A stretch of DNA of 64,000 bases, from assembly GCF_009914755.1 (NCBI RefSeq), contig NC_060927.1. The stretch is one strand, 5' to 3'. Below are positions 1-16,519 of the stretch, one piece after another. The notes under the pieces are model-generated. The model saw only the letters and a list, made by a program, of their open reading frames with translations, was not told where the DNA came from and ran no database searches. The position numbers and the translations under genes were made by a program. The stretch comes from the human T2T-CHM13v2.0 reference genome, Homo sapiens. Position 1 is the stretch's first letter. Every line of letters begins with the position of its first letter.

Positions 1-112
1 CGTATCTTTAAAACTAGCCAGATTAGAGAGCCAATTTCAGAAACTCTAGAACCAATTCAGAAAATTCATCCTGCAGATTCTGTTCCTCTGGAACCACTTT
101 CAGAACCAAAAT
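1..112 (-). mobile_element. ERVL internal 5' leader abutting an MLT2 LTR; continues beyond the window's left edge
   Basis: Reverse complement gattttggttctgaaagtggttccagagg resembles the start of ERVL-int directly after the LTR. Confidence 0.6.
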
Positions 113-177
113 CTGTTACTAGTCAGCATTCTGCAGAGAAGCTGAATTAATTATCTCTATCTATCTATTATCTATTT

Positions 178-227
<50 letters not shown>

Positions 228-606
228 ATCTATCTATCTATCTACCTATCTAATCTATTTACCTATTTCCTAAAAGATTTATATTTATCTTAAGATATTG
301 GTTATAAGGAATCAACTGACGATTTTGAAGACTGGCAAGTCCAAAATCTGCAGAGCTCATGTCTCAGTTAGAAGGCTGTCAGGCAGGAGAATTCTTTCTT
401 GGAAGAGGTCAGTCTTTTTCTACTGAGGCTGTCAGCTGATTGGATGAGGCTCACTTACATTGTGGAGGATCATCTGCTTTACTTAATCTATTGATTTAAA
501 TATCAATCTCATCCCAAAACATCCTTATGAAAAGACTCAGAATGCTCTTTGACCAAATATCTGTGCATCCCATGGCCCAGTCAAGTTGACACATAAAATG
601 ATCATA
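113..606 (-). mobile_element. MLT2 (ERVL) LTR
   Basis: Reverse complement ttttatgtgtcaacttgactgggccatgggatgcacagatatttggtcaaa is an MLT2-type 5' end; internal microsatellite typical of MLT2. Confidence 0.8.
152..256. repeat. (TATC)n/GATA tetranucleotide microsatellite inside MLT2
   Basis: About 12 perfect units at ~179-227 plus degenerate flanks. Confidence 0.95.
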
Positions 607-1440
607 GTGAGCTAGTCACATGGTAATTGCTATGTGACCACATATATGAGTTGGTGCAGTAGTGGTGGATGACAATGACATGCAGATCTAGGCTAGCTGC
701 TCATGTGTCCTTTTTGAACTCTCTGGCTTTGTTCATGCTAAATCCCAGATGTGGCACTTGCACATTTTAATGGCCTGCTTCTGGTTCCATCTGACCTTAT
801 GATTTTGTGGATCTGACAGCTCATGATCAGTAGTTCTGGCCACTTGTCCACTTAATGTCCCACGAACAAGCTATTCATCTCTACTAGAGTTCAGTGGAAC
901 AGCAGAATCTGTCATTTGTAAGCTGAGTAATTCTCCACTGCAGGGAGCATAATCTTGCTCTCTCATTAGTGTTTGTCATAAACTTTGCACAACATCTTTC
1001 CCCACTAATGATGTCTCTAATGCAATAATGACTACTGGTTATATAATTTAAAAAGCAGGGCCACTTGTACCAGAATCTAGTCCTATTTCATAGCTTTTCT
1101 CTGCTCGAGGTCCTACTCAAAGCTGGAAGCCTTTCATGTATCCTAGTGAATGGGTAGAACCAATATCTTAGATATGCAATACACTATCTCCAGAACTTGA
1201 ACAAGTCTATTAAGGGTTGTATTCCTTCTTGGTGGGAGGTGCAAAGTACAAGAATCTGTCCTCTACTTCGGAGGTAACATCATGGCATACTTCAGGCCAC
1301 TAGCCCCCTAAAAAATTTATTGATGTGACAGGCCCCTGAATATTTGTAGGATTTATCCTCTACCCTCTGTTGCTCTGATGGATGCCTAGGTGATCCGGTA
1401 AATGTATATAGTCAATATCCACTGTTATCCATTCTAGGTA
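607..1440 (-). mobile_element. Decayed ERVL pol fragment (RT/RNase H region)
   Basis: Reverse complement of ~1285-1365 (ataaatcctacaaatattcaggggcctgtcacatcaataaattttttagggggc) reads INPTNIQGPVTSINFLG, like the HERV-L RT motif INPTKIQGP.TSVKFLG. Confidence 0.65.
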
Positions 1441-2354
1441 AATGTGAAGTGTTTGTGAACTTTTAATTTTGATAGAGTCGGAAAATAATGCATTTATTAG
1501 ATATATTTTAGTAACATTTATGGAACATTCCTTCATTTTACTACTTGTCAAAAATGTTAATTCTTATATTCATAAGTCTTATTTGTAATTTCTATATTGG
1601 TCCACTCATCTTTTTGCTAAATTTAGGGCAGATATATACTTCTTGAATTCCTGTAACATTATTTTATGCTTTGATACCTGGTAAGGCATGTTTCCCCACA
1701 CCATTTATATATTTCTTTCTAAAAAAGGTTTTTGGTTATTTTTGCAAATTTTTTATTCCACAAACACTTTGAGATTAGTTTGAAAAGTTCCAAAAAAGAA
1801 AGCTGTGGTGGAAATTTTGCTGGGATTAGACTAACTTTATAGATGATTTTACTGTTGAACAAATGACTCAAAGAATATGAATATATGAACATAAAAACTT
1901 AGAGGAAGTTTGAGTCATAGACACACTGATAATTTCTGATAGAAGTAAATAGACAAAACTCTATCTTTAAATAAATGTTCTAAAACTCAGCAGCCATATT
2001 TTTTTCCCTCTGATGGGGACAACCTTCTTCATGAGCTACAAAGGACATTTGCCCACAGTTTCTATTGAGGGGCTTTCTTAGCACTGTTTCTGGGTATTTT
2101 TTTCATTTTATAATTGTGTTTAACAGGTCATGTAGAGGATTCAGAAACAAAATATGTAATGGACACAGTAATGAGGCACTTAAATTCTCCCTCAGGAGTG
2201 AAGCTCTTACCAAGTTCTGGGAGTACTGCCAGCAAATAACCCTCAGCTTTCAGTCCACACTGCGGGAAATGCCTCAGCTGAAGTCACTTCTCTCAAGAGC
2301 AAGCTCCCTGCTCAAGGAAGCTGAAACCCAAACATAATGTTGAATAAAAACAAT

Positions 2355-3062
<708 letters not shown>

Positions 3063-3085
<23 letters not shown>

Positions 3086-3554
3086 TAAAAAGTCTTTGTT
3101 GCTGGGAGGAGCCAAGATGGCTGAATAGGAACAGCTCTGGTCTACAGCTCCCAACGTGAGCGACACAGAAGACGGGTGATTTCTGCATTTCCAACTGAGG
3201 TGCCAGGTTCATCTCACTGGGGTGTGCCAGACAGTGGGTGCAGGACAGTGGGTGCAGCGCACTGTGCATGAGCTGAAGCAGGGCGAGGCATCGCCTCACC
3301 CAGAAAGCGCAAGGGGTCAGGGAATTCCCTTTCCTAGTCAAAGAAAGGGGTGACAGATGGCACCTGGAAAATTGGGTCACTCCCACCCTAATACTGCGCT
3401 TTCCCAATGGGCTTAAAAAACAGCACACCGGGAGATTATATCCCGCACATGGCTCAGAGGGTCCTCCGCCCACGGAGTCTCGCTCATTGCTAGCACAGCA
3501 GTCTGAGATCAAACTGCAAGGCAGCAGCGAGGCTGGGGCAGGGGCGCCTGCCAT
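3063..3554 (-). CDS. L1 antisense ORF0-like frame, 163 aa, reading out of the element
   Basis: ATG at 3554 gives MAGAPAPASLLPCSLISDCCASN, the ORF0 N-terminus; open until a stop at 3063 in flanking DNA; expression unknown. Confidence 0.5.
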
Positions 3555-3877
3555 TGCCGAGACTTGATTAGGTAAACAAAGTGGCCTGGAAACTCGAACT
3601 GGGTGGAGCCCACCACAGCTCAAGAAGGTCTGCCTGCCTTTGTAGGCTCCACTTCTGGGGGCAGGGCACAGACAAACAAAAAGACAGCAGTAACCTCTGC
3701 AGACTTAAGTGTCCCTATCTGACAGCTTTGAAGAGAGTAGTGGTTCTCCCAGAACACAGCTTGAGATCTGAGAACGGGTAGACTGCCTCCTCAAGCAGGT
3801 CCCTGACCCCCAAGTAGCCTAACTGGGAGGCACCCCCCAGTAGGGGCGGACTGACACCTCACACGGCCAGGTACTCC

Positions 3878-4005
3878 TCTGAGACAAAACTTCCAGAGGA
3901 ACGATCAGGCAGCAGCATTTGTGGTTCACCAATATCTGCTGTTCTGCAGCCACTGCTGCTGATACCCAGGCAAACAGGGTCTGGAGTGGACCTCTAGCAA
4001 ACTCC
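3878..4005 (+). promoter_or_regulatory. L1 5'UTR ~129-bp segment containing the ZNF93 binding region, deleted in later L1PA3/L1PA2/L1HS
   Basis: tctgagacaaaacttccagagg...ctagcaaactcc lies between two actcc copies that are fused in L1HS. Confidence 0.75.
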
Positions 4006-4130
4006 AACAGACTTGCAGCTGAGGGTCCTGTCTGTTAGAAGGAAAACTAACAAACAGGAAGGACATCCACACCAAAAACCCTTCTGCACATCACCATTGT
4101 CAAAGACCAAAGGTAGATAAAACCACAAAG

Positions 4131-5142
4131 ATGGGGAAAAAGTAGAGCAGAAAAGCTGGAAACTCTAAAAATCAGAGTGCCTCTCCTCCTTCAAAGGAAC
4201 GCAGCTCCTCACCAGCAATGGAACAAAGCTGGATGGAGAATGACTTTGACGAGTTGAGAGAAGACTTCAGACGATCAAACTACTACGAGCTACAGGAGGA
4301 AGTTTGAATCAATGGCAAAGAAATTAAAAACTTTAAAAAAAATTAGATGAATGGATAACTAGAATAACCAATGCAGAGAAGTCCTTAAGGACCTGATGGA
4401 GCTGAAAACCAAGGCATGAGAGCTACGTGACAAATGCAGAAGCCTCAGTAGCTGATGCGATCAACTGGAAGAAAGGGTATCCGTGATGGAAGAGGAAATG
4501 AATGAAATGAAGCGAGAAGAGAAGTTTAGAGAAAAAAGAATAAAAAGAAACGAACAAAGCCTCCAAGAAATATGGGACTATGTGAAAAGACCAAATCTGT
4601 GTCTGATTGGTGTACCTGAAAGTGACGGGGAGAATGGAACCAAGTTGGAAAACAGTCTGCAGGATATTATCCAGGAGAACTTCCCCAATCTAGCAAGGCA
4701 GGCCAACATTCAAATTCAGGAAATACAGAGAACACCGCAAAGATACTCCTCGAGGAGAGCAACTCCAAGACACATAATTGTCAGATTCACCAAAGTTGAA
4801 ATGAAGGAAAAAATGTTAAGGACAGCCAGAGAGAAAGGTCAGGTTACCCACCAAGGGAAGCCCATCAGACTAACAGTGGATCTCTTGGCAGAAACTCTAC
4901 AAGCCAGAAGAGAGTGGGGGCCAATATTCAACATTCTTAAAGAAAAGAATTTTCAACCCAGAATTTCATATCCAGCCAAACTAAGCTTCATAAGTGAAGG
5001 GGAAATAAAATCCTCTACAGACAAGCAAATGCTGAGAGATTTTGTCACCACCAGGCCTGCCCTAAAAGAGCTCCTGAAGGAAGCACTAAACATGGAGAGG
5101 AACAACCGGTACCAGCCACTGCAAAAACATGTCAAATTGTAA
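4131..5142 (+). pseudogene. L1 ORF1 (RNA-binding protein), disrupted
   Basis: ATG at 4131, early stops; C-terminal 219 aa open with ARREWGP and YPAKLS motifs. Confidence 0.95.
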
Positions 5143-5205
5143 AGACCATCAAGGCTAGGAAGAAACTACATGAACTAATGAGCAAAATAACCAGCTAACA
5201 TCATA

Positions 5206-9039
<3,834 letters not shown>

Positions 9040-9284
9040 ACAATGAGAACACATGGACACAGGAAGGGGAACATCACACTCTGGGGACTGTTGTGGGGTG
9101 GGGGGAGAGGGGAGGGATAGCATTAGGAGATATACCTAATGCTAAATGATGAGTTAATGGGTGCAGCACACCAACATTGCACATGTATACATATGTAACA
9201 AACCTGCACATTGTGCACATGTACCCTTAAACTTAAAGTATAATAATAATAAAATAAAAAATAAAAAAAATAAAAAGTCTTTGT

Positions 9285-10125
9285 CTTGTTTTATTATTTG
9301 TTTTGTCAGTTTTGTAGTTATGTTTTTCAAGAAATTTGTGCATTCATCTTAGTTGTCAAATTTATTGTTAAAAGTTGGTCAAAACATCCCATGATTATTA
9401 TTTTTAATATCTATAGACTCTGTAGTAATGTACTTTCTTTTTTCTGATTTTTGGAGATTCTTCTTTATTTTTTGTTAATCTCTTGCTAAAGATTTATCAA
9501 TTTTATTACTCTTAAAAACAGAAACCCTTGACTTTTTCATTATTTTGAAAATTTTAACTTTATTGATTTGTATTTCTATTTTTATTTCTTCTATTCACTT
9601 TGAGTTTTATTTGCTCTTTTAAAAAACTAATTTCTTATGGTGGAAACAGACTTCATATATTCCTTTTTTTCTAAATAGGTGCTGAAAGCAATATGTTTCA
9701 CCATACGGACTATTTACATCCCACGTATGTTGTTTTTTTATTATTTAATTCAAATGTTTTAAAATTTCTCTTAGCGTTTCTTATTTTACTCATTATTTAT
9801 TTAGAAGCATTTTCTTAATTTTCAACAGATTTAGATTTTAAAGCATTTATTATATTTGATTTCTTATTTAACACTGATGTGGGCAGAGAACATACTGTTA
9901 GATTTTAATCTCTTCACGTTTATTGAGACTTTGCTTTACTGTCTAGCATATGGTCAAGCTTAGTGAGTGTTCCATGAGCACTTGAGAAGAATATGTAGTC
10001 TGCTGTTGTTAAGTAGACTGTTCTTTCAATGTCAGTTACATAAAGGTGGTTGATACTGTCTTTAAAATTCTCCAGTATCTTTGCTGATTTTTTGATTACT
10101 TGTTCTTTCAATTATTGAGAGAAAA
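9285..10125 (-). mobile_element. Old L1M ORF2 endonuclease-region fragment
   Basis: ORF 9920-10111 contains YIFFSSAHGTLTKLDHML, the L1 EN motif. Confidence 0.8.
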
Positions 10126-10126
10126 T

Positions 10127-10905
10127 TTGTATTGATTAGGATTCAGTCTGAAAAGTAGAAACAGTAAGTGATATGGAAAAAGAAAACTAGACCTTATGCA
10201 ATTATAAAACAGACCTTATTTTTTAGAGCAGTTTTGAGACTTTATGCAATTTTAAGAGCTGGTGAAGAAACCTATGAACTGTTGTTTCCTCTCTTCCTGG
10301 TGCTAGCTCTAAACTTGATATGGATTAGTGGAGCTGGTAGTAAGAAATAAAAATTAGATTGAAGCAGAGAAAGGAAATTACAAATTGAAATTTGTAAGGA
10401 AAAAGTGGACTCCATCAGGATAGACCAGAACATGAATCTTTAATTCCTTTTAATTAACATAAAGAAGCATAACTAAAAAGTAAATCCAGAGGTAAAATGG
10501 AATACTAAAAATACTAAATTTAAGAAAAGAGGCAGAGAAGGAGGCGAAGAAAAAAGCCTTTTAATTCTTTTCATGAAACGAGTGACCTACAGAAGGAATG
10601 GTCACCCTTCACCATAGACGCGCATATGTGCATTGCTCAGGACTCAAGAGAAGTTAAGAGAGCAGATCCAATGGGAGATTGAGTTGCTGTAGGATCCATG
10701 TGTGCCAGATGAAGCAACAGCTCAGTAACAATATGTGTGAGTTACAACAGCACTTGGTGTTCTACATCAACATTCAGAGTGTAATGGCTGCTGCTTCACT
10801 TTTGCTCTCTAAATCTTACTTCAGTTTTTCTTGTGACCAAAAGTGAGTTAAAACCACACAAAAGGGCATTCTATGAAACATATCTAGCTTTGCTATGTCA
10901 ACACA
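10127..10905 (-). mobile_element. Probable ERVL-class solo LTR (LTR33-like)
   Basis: Reverse complement tgtgttgacatagcaaagctagatatgtttcatagaatgccc resembles the LTR33 5' end; interrupts L1M sequence. Confidence 0.4.
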
Positions 10906-11260
10906 AGGATGTTAAATTCTCTAATTATATTTGTAGATTTGCCCAATTTTTCTCTTTAGTTCTGCCAAGTTTTGCTTCTTTTATTCAGTAGCTTTGTTGT
11001 TTGGTACATACATATTTATCTGCTACCTACATGCTAATGGGGCTTTTAATTTCTAGCATTTTCATTAACCTTTAAAAATATAGTTTCCATCTCCATATTG
11101 AAATTTCCCATCTTTCATACATGTTGTTCATCATTTACATTAGCTCCTTTAATACAGTTTTTTATTACAGGTATTTAAAAATCCCTGTTTAATTGTAACC
11201 TCTGGATTATAATTATAATTATAATTATATCAGTCTGATTTTATTGGATGTTTCATCTTC

Positions 11261-11679
11261 TGTATTAGTTATGTTGGCTGCTATAACAAGATACTACAGA
11301 TTGGGTGGCTTGAACAACAGTCATTAATTTTCTCACAGTTCTGGAGGCTGGAAGTCTAAGATCAAGGTACTAGCAGGGTTGGGTTTTGGTGAAGCATCTC
11401 TTCCTGGCTTGCAGATGGCCACCTTCTTGCTGTGCCCTCACATGGCACTTTTTCGGTGCAAGTGCAGAGAGAGAGAGGAAGAAAGAGAGAGAAAGAGAAA
11501 GGTCTCTGGTATCTCTTCCTCTTCTTAGAGGGACACAAATCCTATCAGATTAGGGCCCCATTCTCATGACCTCATTTAATCTTAATTACATTCTTAAAAA
11601 TCCTATCTTCAAGTGCAGTCACACTGGTGGTTAGGGCCTCAACATATGAGTTTTGGGAGACACAATTAAGTCCATAACA
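11261..11679 (-). mobile_element. MLT1 (MaLR) solo LTR, MLT1B-like
   Basis: tgtattagt...ctcacagttctggaggctggaagtctaagatcaagg...agtccataaca. Confidence 0.85.
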
Positions 11680-13394
11680 CTCTCCCAAGGAGAGGTCACA
11701 TTACCTTGCTTCTTTGTGTATCTCATAATTTTTTATTAAATACTGCACTGTGTGTGTAAAAGAATAGTAAATCTTGAAGTGCATAACATTTTTGCCCATA
11801 AAATGCATTTCTCTTATTTTGTTTCACTAGGGGACTGTGTTAATCTAGTTTGTAGTTGAGCTGGGTTTGGACTTAGTGGTTGTGTTAGTTGTATTCGGTT
11901 TACCTCTGGGTTCAAATTAATTGAAGATGGTATAAGGCTCTTCCCTCTAGCAGACTTGTGTTCTAAATGCCTGGATATTACCTTGCCCTAAGCATTCAGC
12001 AGGCCCCACATGCCCATGCCTCACGGAGCCTCTCTCAGGTATCCTGCTTTCCTCAACCACAGTTGGCTGCTGCCTTTGTACTCAGTGTAAGGCTCAGAGT
12101 GCCCAGAGTGTCTCTCCCAGATCTCCAGCCCTGGCATCAGACTCTATCAGACCCCTCATATCAGAACTTTCAAGGGGGTTTGTCTCAGCTCTCCTCACCT
12201 TCCTCAGCTATAGACTGCTACCTCCTTGTGCTCAGGGTAGGGTTTAGAGTTTCTGGAATGTTTCCTTCAGTCTTTCCATTCTGTCCTCAGACTTCAGTGG
12301 GCCTCACATGCTTGCATCTCATGGGGGTCTCTGTCACCTCTTTTGCTCCTATTCCAGCTACAGGTGACCACTTCTTCATACTTCCTGAGGGCCTAGGGTG
12401 CCTGGAGGATTTCTCGTAGATTTTCCATTCTTCCTTCAGATACCAGTGGGTCCATTATGCCTGGGTCTCAGGGGATTTTATCTCAGAAACTGTGGTCTGT
12501 CCCCAGTCTTCTTGTAAGCACATGGGGAAGGCCTATGGATAAAAGCTGGGAGGTGGGTGTAGACTCTGTTTTTGAGAAGCTTAGGGATGCTGAACCATCA
12601 GCCTTAAAAGTTTATTAAAAGTTGTTAAATAAACTATTGTGTTTTACCCATGTCAATGGTAGCTTCTTGCTTCTCCTTCTGCTCAAGCAAGGATGAGAGC
12701 AGCCACAGGTTTCTTTCTTTTCTTTTTTTTTTCCTAGGAGGGTGAGATAAAGCAAATTGTCTAATCAGGTTCTGAAGAATCGGAGACAGTAACCACTATT
12801 GAGTTTTACTTCTAATTTCAAGTATGCAGGTCAGGTAGTAAAGAGGCTCAGACAAAGCACAAGAGATCAGAGATGCTGAGGGTAGCTCTCAGATCCTCTC
12901 TACATCAGAGACATGTGCTTGGTTCAGAGTAGACAGGATCTCTAAGTAAAATATTGAGTTATTATCTCATATAGTGAGAGTGTTTAATCATGATACATCT
13001 CCATTTTATACCGTGGTTTATGTGCCATTTTCTAAGGAGCTATGACTCATAAATCCATATATTATGGGTCAGTAATAATCCTTAACTAGTGATAAGAATA
13101 TTCTTATGTCAAGAATATTCCACAGAGAAGGACCCTTCTCCTATAAAATATAATTAGCCTATTCACTTGGAATTCTAGTTACTTTGTCAACCAGGATTAG
13201 ACTAGATTACCCACCTTCTTTAATGTTTTCTATTATAGCAGCATCTCCCTGGTAAAGGAAGTAAATGAATCACAGTTCAGCTGCTTTAATTTCCAGAGGG
13301 GCTTGTTCTGGAGTCCTTAGTTCATTGTGGTGATGGTGGTGGTTCTTCCTTTTCATTCTCAGCTGTTTGATGGCTTAAAAAATACTATCATTTA

Positions 13395-13826
13395 TGTTAA
13401 AGCAAACTAAATATTGCCTGAGATAGACTCCATACTTCTATATTTGAGTCCTTGTGGATGAACTGTAACCTAGCTTAATAGCCAGACAAGATTGAAAACC
13501 TAACTCAGGAGTATGCGCCTGTAACAATAACTGAGTCTTGGCCAATCTCAGCGGCCAGACTTCAGCCACTCACAGAATGCTAAGTGTTCACACTGTGTTC
13601 AAATAAGGGAAATGCCAACCTGTAACCTATCCAGCTGTTTCCGTACCTCACTGCCGACTTCTGTATGTCATTTCCCTTTTTATGTCTAAAAATCTTCTTC
13701 CATCACATGGCTATGCTGGAGTCTCTGTGAATCGGCTGTGATTCTGGGGGCTGCCCGATTTGCGAATCATTCATTGCTCAATTAAACTCCTTTAAATTTA
13801 ATTTGGTTGAAGTTTTTCTTTTATCA
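13395..13826 (+). mobile_element. MER57-type ERV1 solo LTR
   Basis: tgttaaagcaaactaaatattgcctgag start, gaagtttttcttttatca end, TG..CA termini, near 4-bp TSD ttta/tttg. Confidence 0.85.
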
Positions 13827-16519
13827 TTTGTAAGTTATCCATTTCTTATTGTTAGAATGAGAGTGACATCATTTTGGATTTTCTACATTCTAAGCTGAAG
13901 TGTCTACATTTTAAGCTGAAGTGGTGCTTTAATATGGCATTTGATGTCATTGAATTTGGAGAAAATTTCCTGTATTACTTATTTTAAAATATTGTCTTCT
14001 CCTTCTAGATTTCTTTTCATTGGATATTACTTTTTGTAGATTAATTCTCTAATTTTCTTATGTTTTCTTTTTTATTGTTCATCTCTTTTTTGTTCCTTCA
14101 AGAGCTTCTTGATTGACTTGTTCAATTATTCTACTGAATTTATATCAATTTAAAATGTGTAATTTCAGAAAGTTCTTTCTTGTTTCCTGACTGTTCCTTT
14201 TATAGTATACTTTTCATATATCATGAGTTCATTTCTTTTATATCTCTCTGAGAAATTAATATGCTTATTCTAAAATCTTTTTCTGCCTTCTGTATTGTCT
14301 GTCTTACCTATGTTTCTTTCTTTTCTGCTTGTTTTAGTTTCTTCATAATGAAGGTTTTGCTTAAGTGTCTAGTGATCCTTGTTGCCCACTCGTATTTAAG
14401 TCAAGCAATAAAAAGCTCATTGGAATATTTTCCATTGGAGAAGGGAACTCTGGTGACTCCCTCTGAAGGGTGATCAGGTATGAACAGCTTTTCTTTTGGG
14501 AGATTCCAAGATCCAGTGTCTGTAAGATCCTCTTGTAAGTGGTCAGTCTCTCTAGAGAAGAATTATCAACTCTTTGGTCTGAGAGGTGAGACCTGGCTCT
14601 TGGCATAAAGGTGAAATGGGAGCTGGTTACCCCCACTGTTTACTATGCATATTTTTGTTAGCTCTTGATCTTCTTATCTTCTGTGTTATAAGTCTAGATC
14701 TCTCAGGTTAAAATTTTCAGCAAAAATTCCTCAACTCTGTGAGATGAAGAGGAGGTAATTGCCTAGATTCTTCAGTTTGATAAAAGAATATGGCATTTAA
14801 ATAGTCTATATACTTTAAACCAACTCTTTCATTCATCCCCGAGCTTTACACTTCTATTTTTTATGTCTGCTACCTCTGTGTCTCTTTGCTCAACTCACTA
14901 GAGGAAGATGCAATCTAAATACCTTTAGCATACACTAAGTTAGTTACTGCATCTTTATCCACTTTCCATCTTTTACAGCTCCATTGATATCAGGGATGAT
15001 GTTGTCCTTTCCTTGTTCTTTTTTATTGTCCTATGGAACTATAGTATTTATGTTCTATACCTAACTGATCCTAGTTTTCTTTTAAGAACTTGAAATAGCA
15101 TGACCGACACTATCTTCATTAGAACAGAATGAACTACAATATCAATTTTTCACTGTTTTGGTTCATTTTGTTCAGAGATCACCATGTAATTTCAAGTTCT
15201 GGCAATGTGGTACCTTGGAGAAAATCTAATATTGGCACTTGTAGGTTACTATAGGCATTTGTGTCTCAGTGGGCAGTGAGCTTGGTATCAGTGGCCAAAA
15301 GCTTATTACTTGGGGACTCTGGAAGAGCAACCATTGTTTGGCATGACCCAAACTAGGCATATCCATTGTGATCTTTTCCCAAATACAAGGTTCTCACTAT
15401 GGGCTCAGATGAGGAAGAGGCAGGATTTCCAGTTCTTAGCACCACAGTGCTCTAGAAATACTCTAGGAGTGTGTGCCAAATTGAAAGAAATCTTACTCCA
15501 GTAATTCCTGGATTTTTGCTGGCTCTATTTCTCAAAGAATCACCTTGTCCTATCTGAACCATCCAATAGGATCCAGATGGCATTCCCTTACCCTCTCTCT
15601 GTATAATTCCCCTATTACACACCTCCCTTTCAGTAGTCATTAAAACCAATGAAGTTGTTTTTCAAAGATTCTTCATCAGTTCTTTTAAGGAGAAAGAGGA
15701 TATTGAATACGGAACTTGCTATTGCTACATTGCTGCTACATTTGATTTTCCACTTGATATCTATGTCAGCTCTTTGGGCAGCCTCATCTGCTGCCTTTTA
15801 AAAATATAACTATTATATAAAAGAAAGTATGATATTAGTAGAAAACAACATTTAAAGAGGAAATGATGAAGAGAGAGAGGAAGTTGATGGGCATCAAAAG
15901 AATGGTGTCAGCAGTTTCATTTGAGAGTAGTATAATTAATGTTTTAAGCACTTGAGATCACACAAAGAATCCAAAAGAGAAAAATCCCTTATCCATTTTT
16001 CTTCCTCTTCCTCGGATGGACACAAAATAATTCAGGAAGATTACTTCATAGTTTCTGGGTTAGGTTAGGATATAGGGGAAGAAATTTCAGTTATCATTTA
16101 CTGTAACTGCGTTCAGGAAAAAAATTCTTAACAGCGTTGCTGTCTCCAAAACTGCTAGAATTTCTAGGTTAAACAAGGCCTAAATATTTCAGGGCATTTC
16201 ACCAGTGACAAATTGAAGAATATACCTATAGGTAAAACAATTCTGGTATTTTCTTTCAGAGAGAAGATAGTAACTAAATATCTGAATCACAAAGATCTGT
16301 TACTGTTTCTGTGGGGAGAAAGTTTTCTTGATGTACTTTTGTTAAAGTAAAAATAGAAGTGCCTAGCTTCCTTCTCTTTTATAAAACAATATATTTAGCT
16401 GACAAATCCAACAAGCAACTAAAGCAAAACCAAACATAGAAGAATCATAAGAAGTATTTAGATTGTACTCCAAATAAAATTTCATGTCATCTCCATAAGA
16501 GTTTAGTCAGGAAAAAACT

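Noticed and set aside
3100-3103. Extra tgct between the TSD and the L1 5' end
   Set aside because: Too short to distinguish 5' transduction from untemplated addition; common in L1 insertions.
11967-12419. 150-aa ORF
   Set aside because: Lies in probable antisense old L1 5' sequence with no protein motif.
13881-13923. Short tandem duplication; similar ones near 19161, 21517, 43195 and 52331
   Set aside because: Two-copy slippage duplications with no spacers or array structure; not CRISPR-like.
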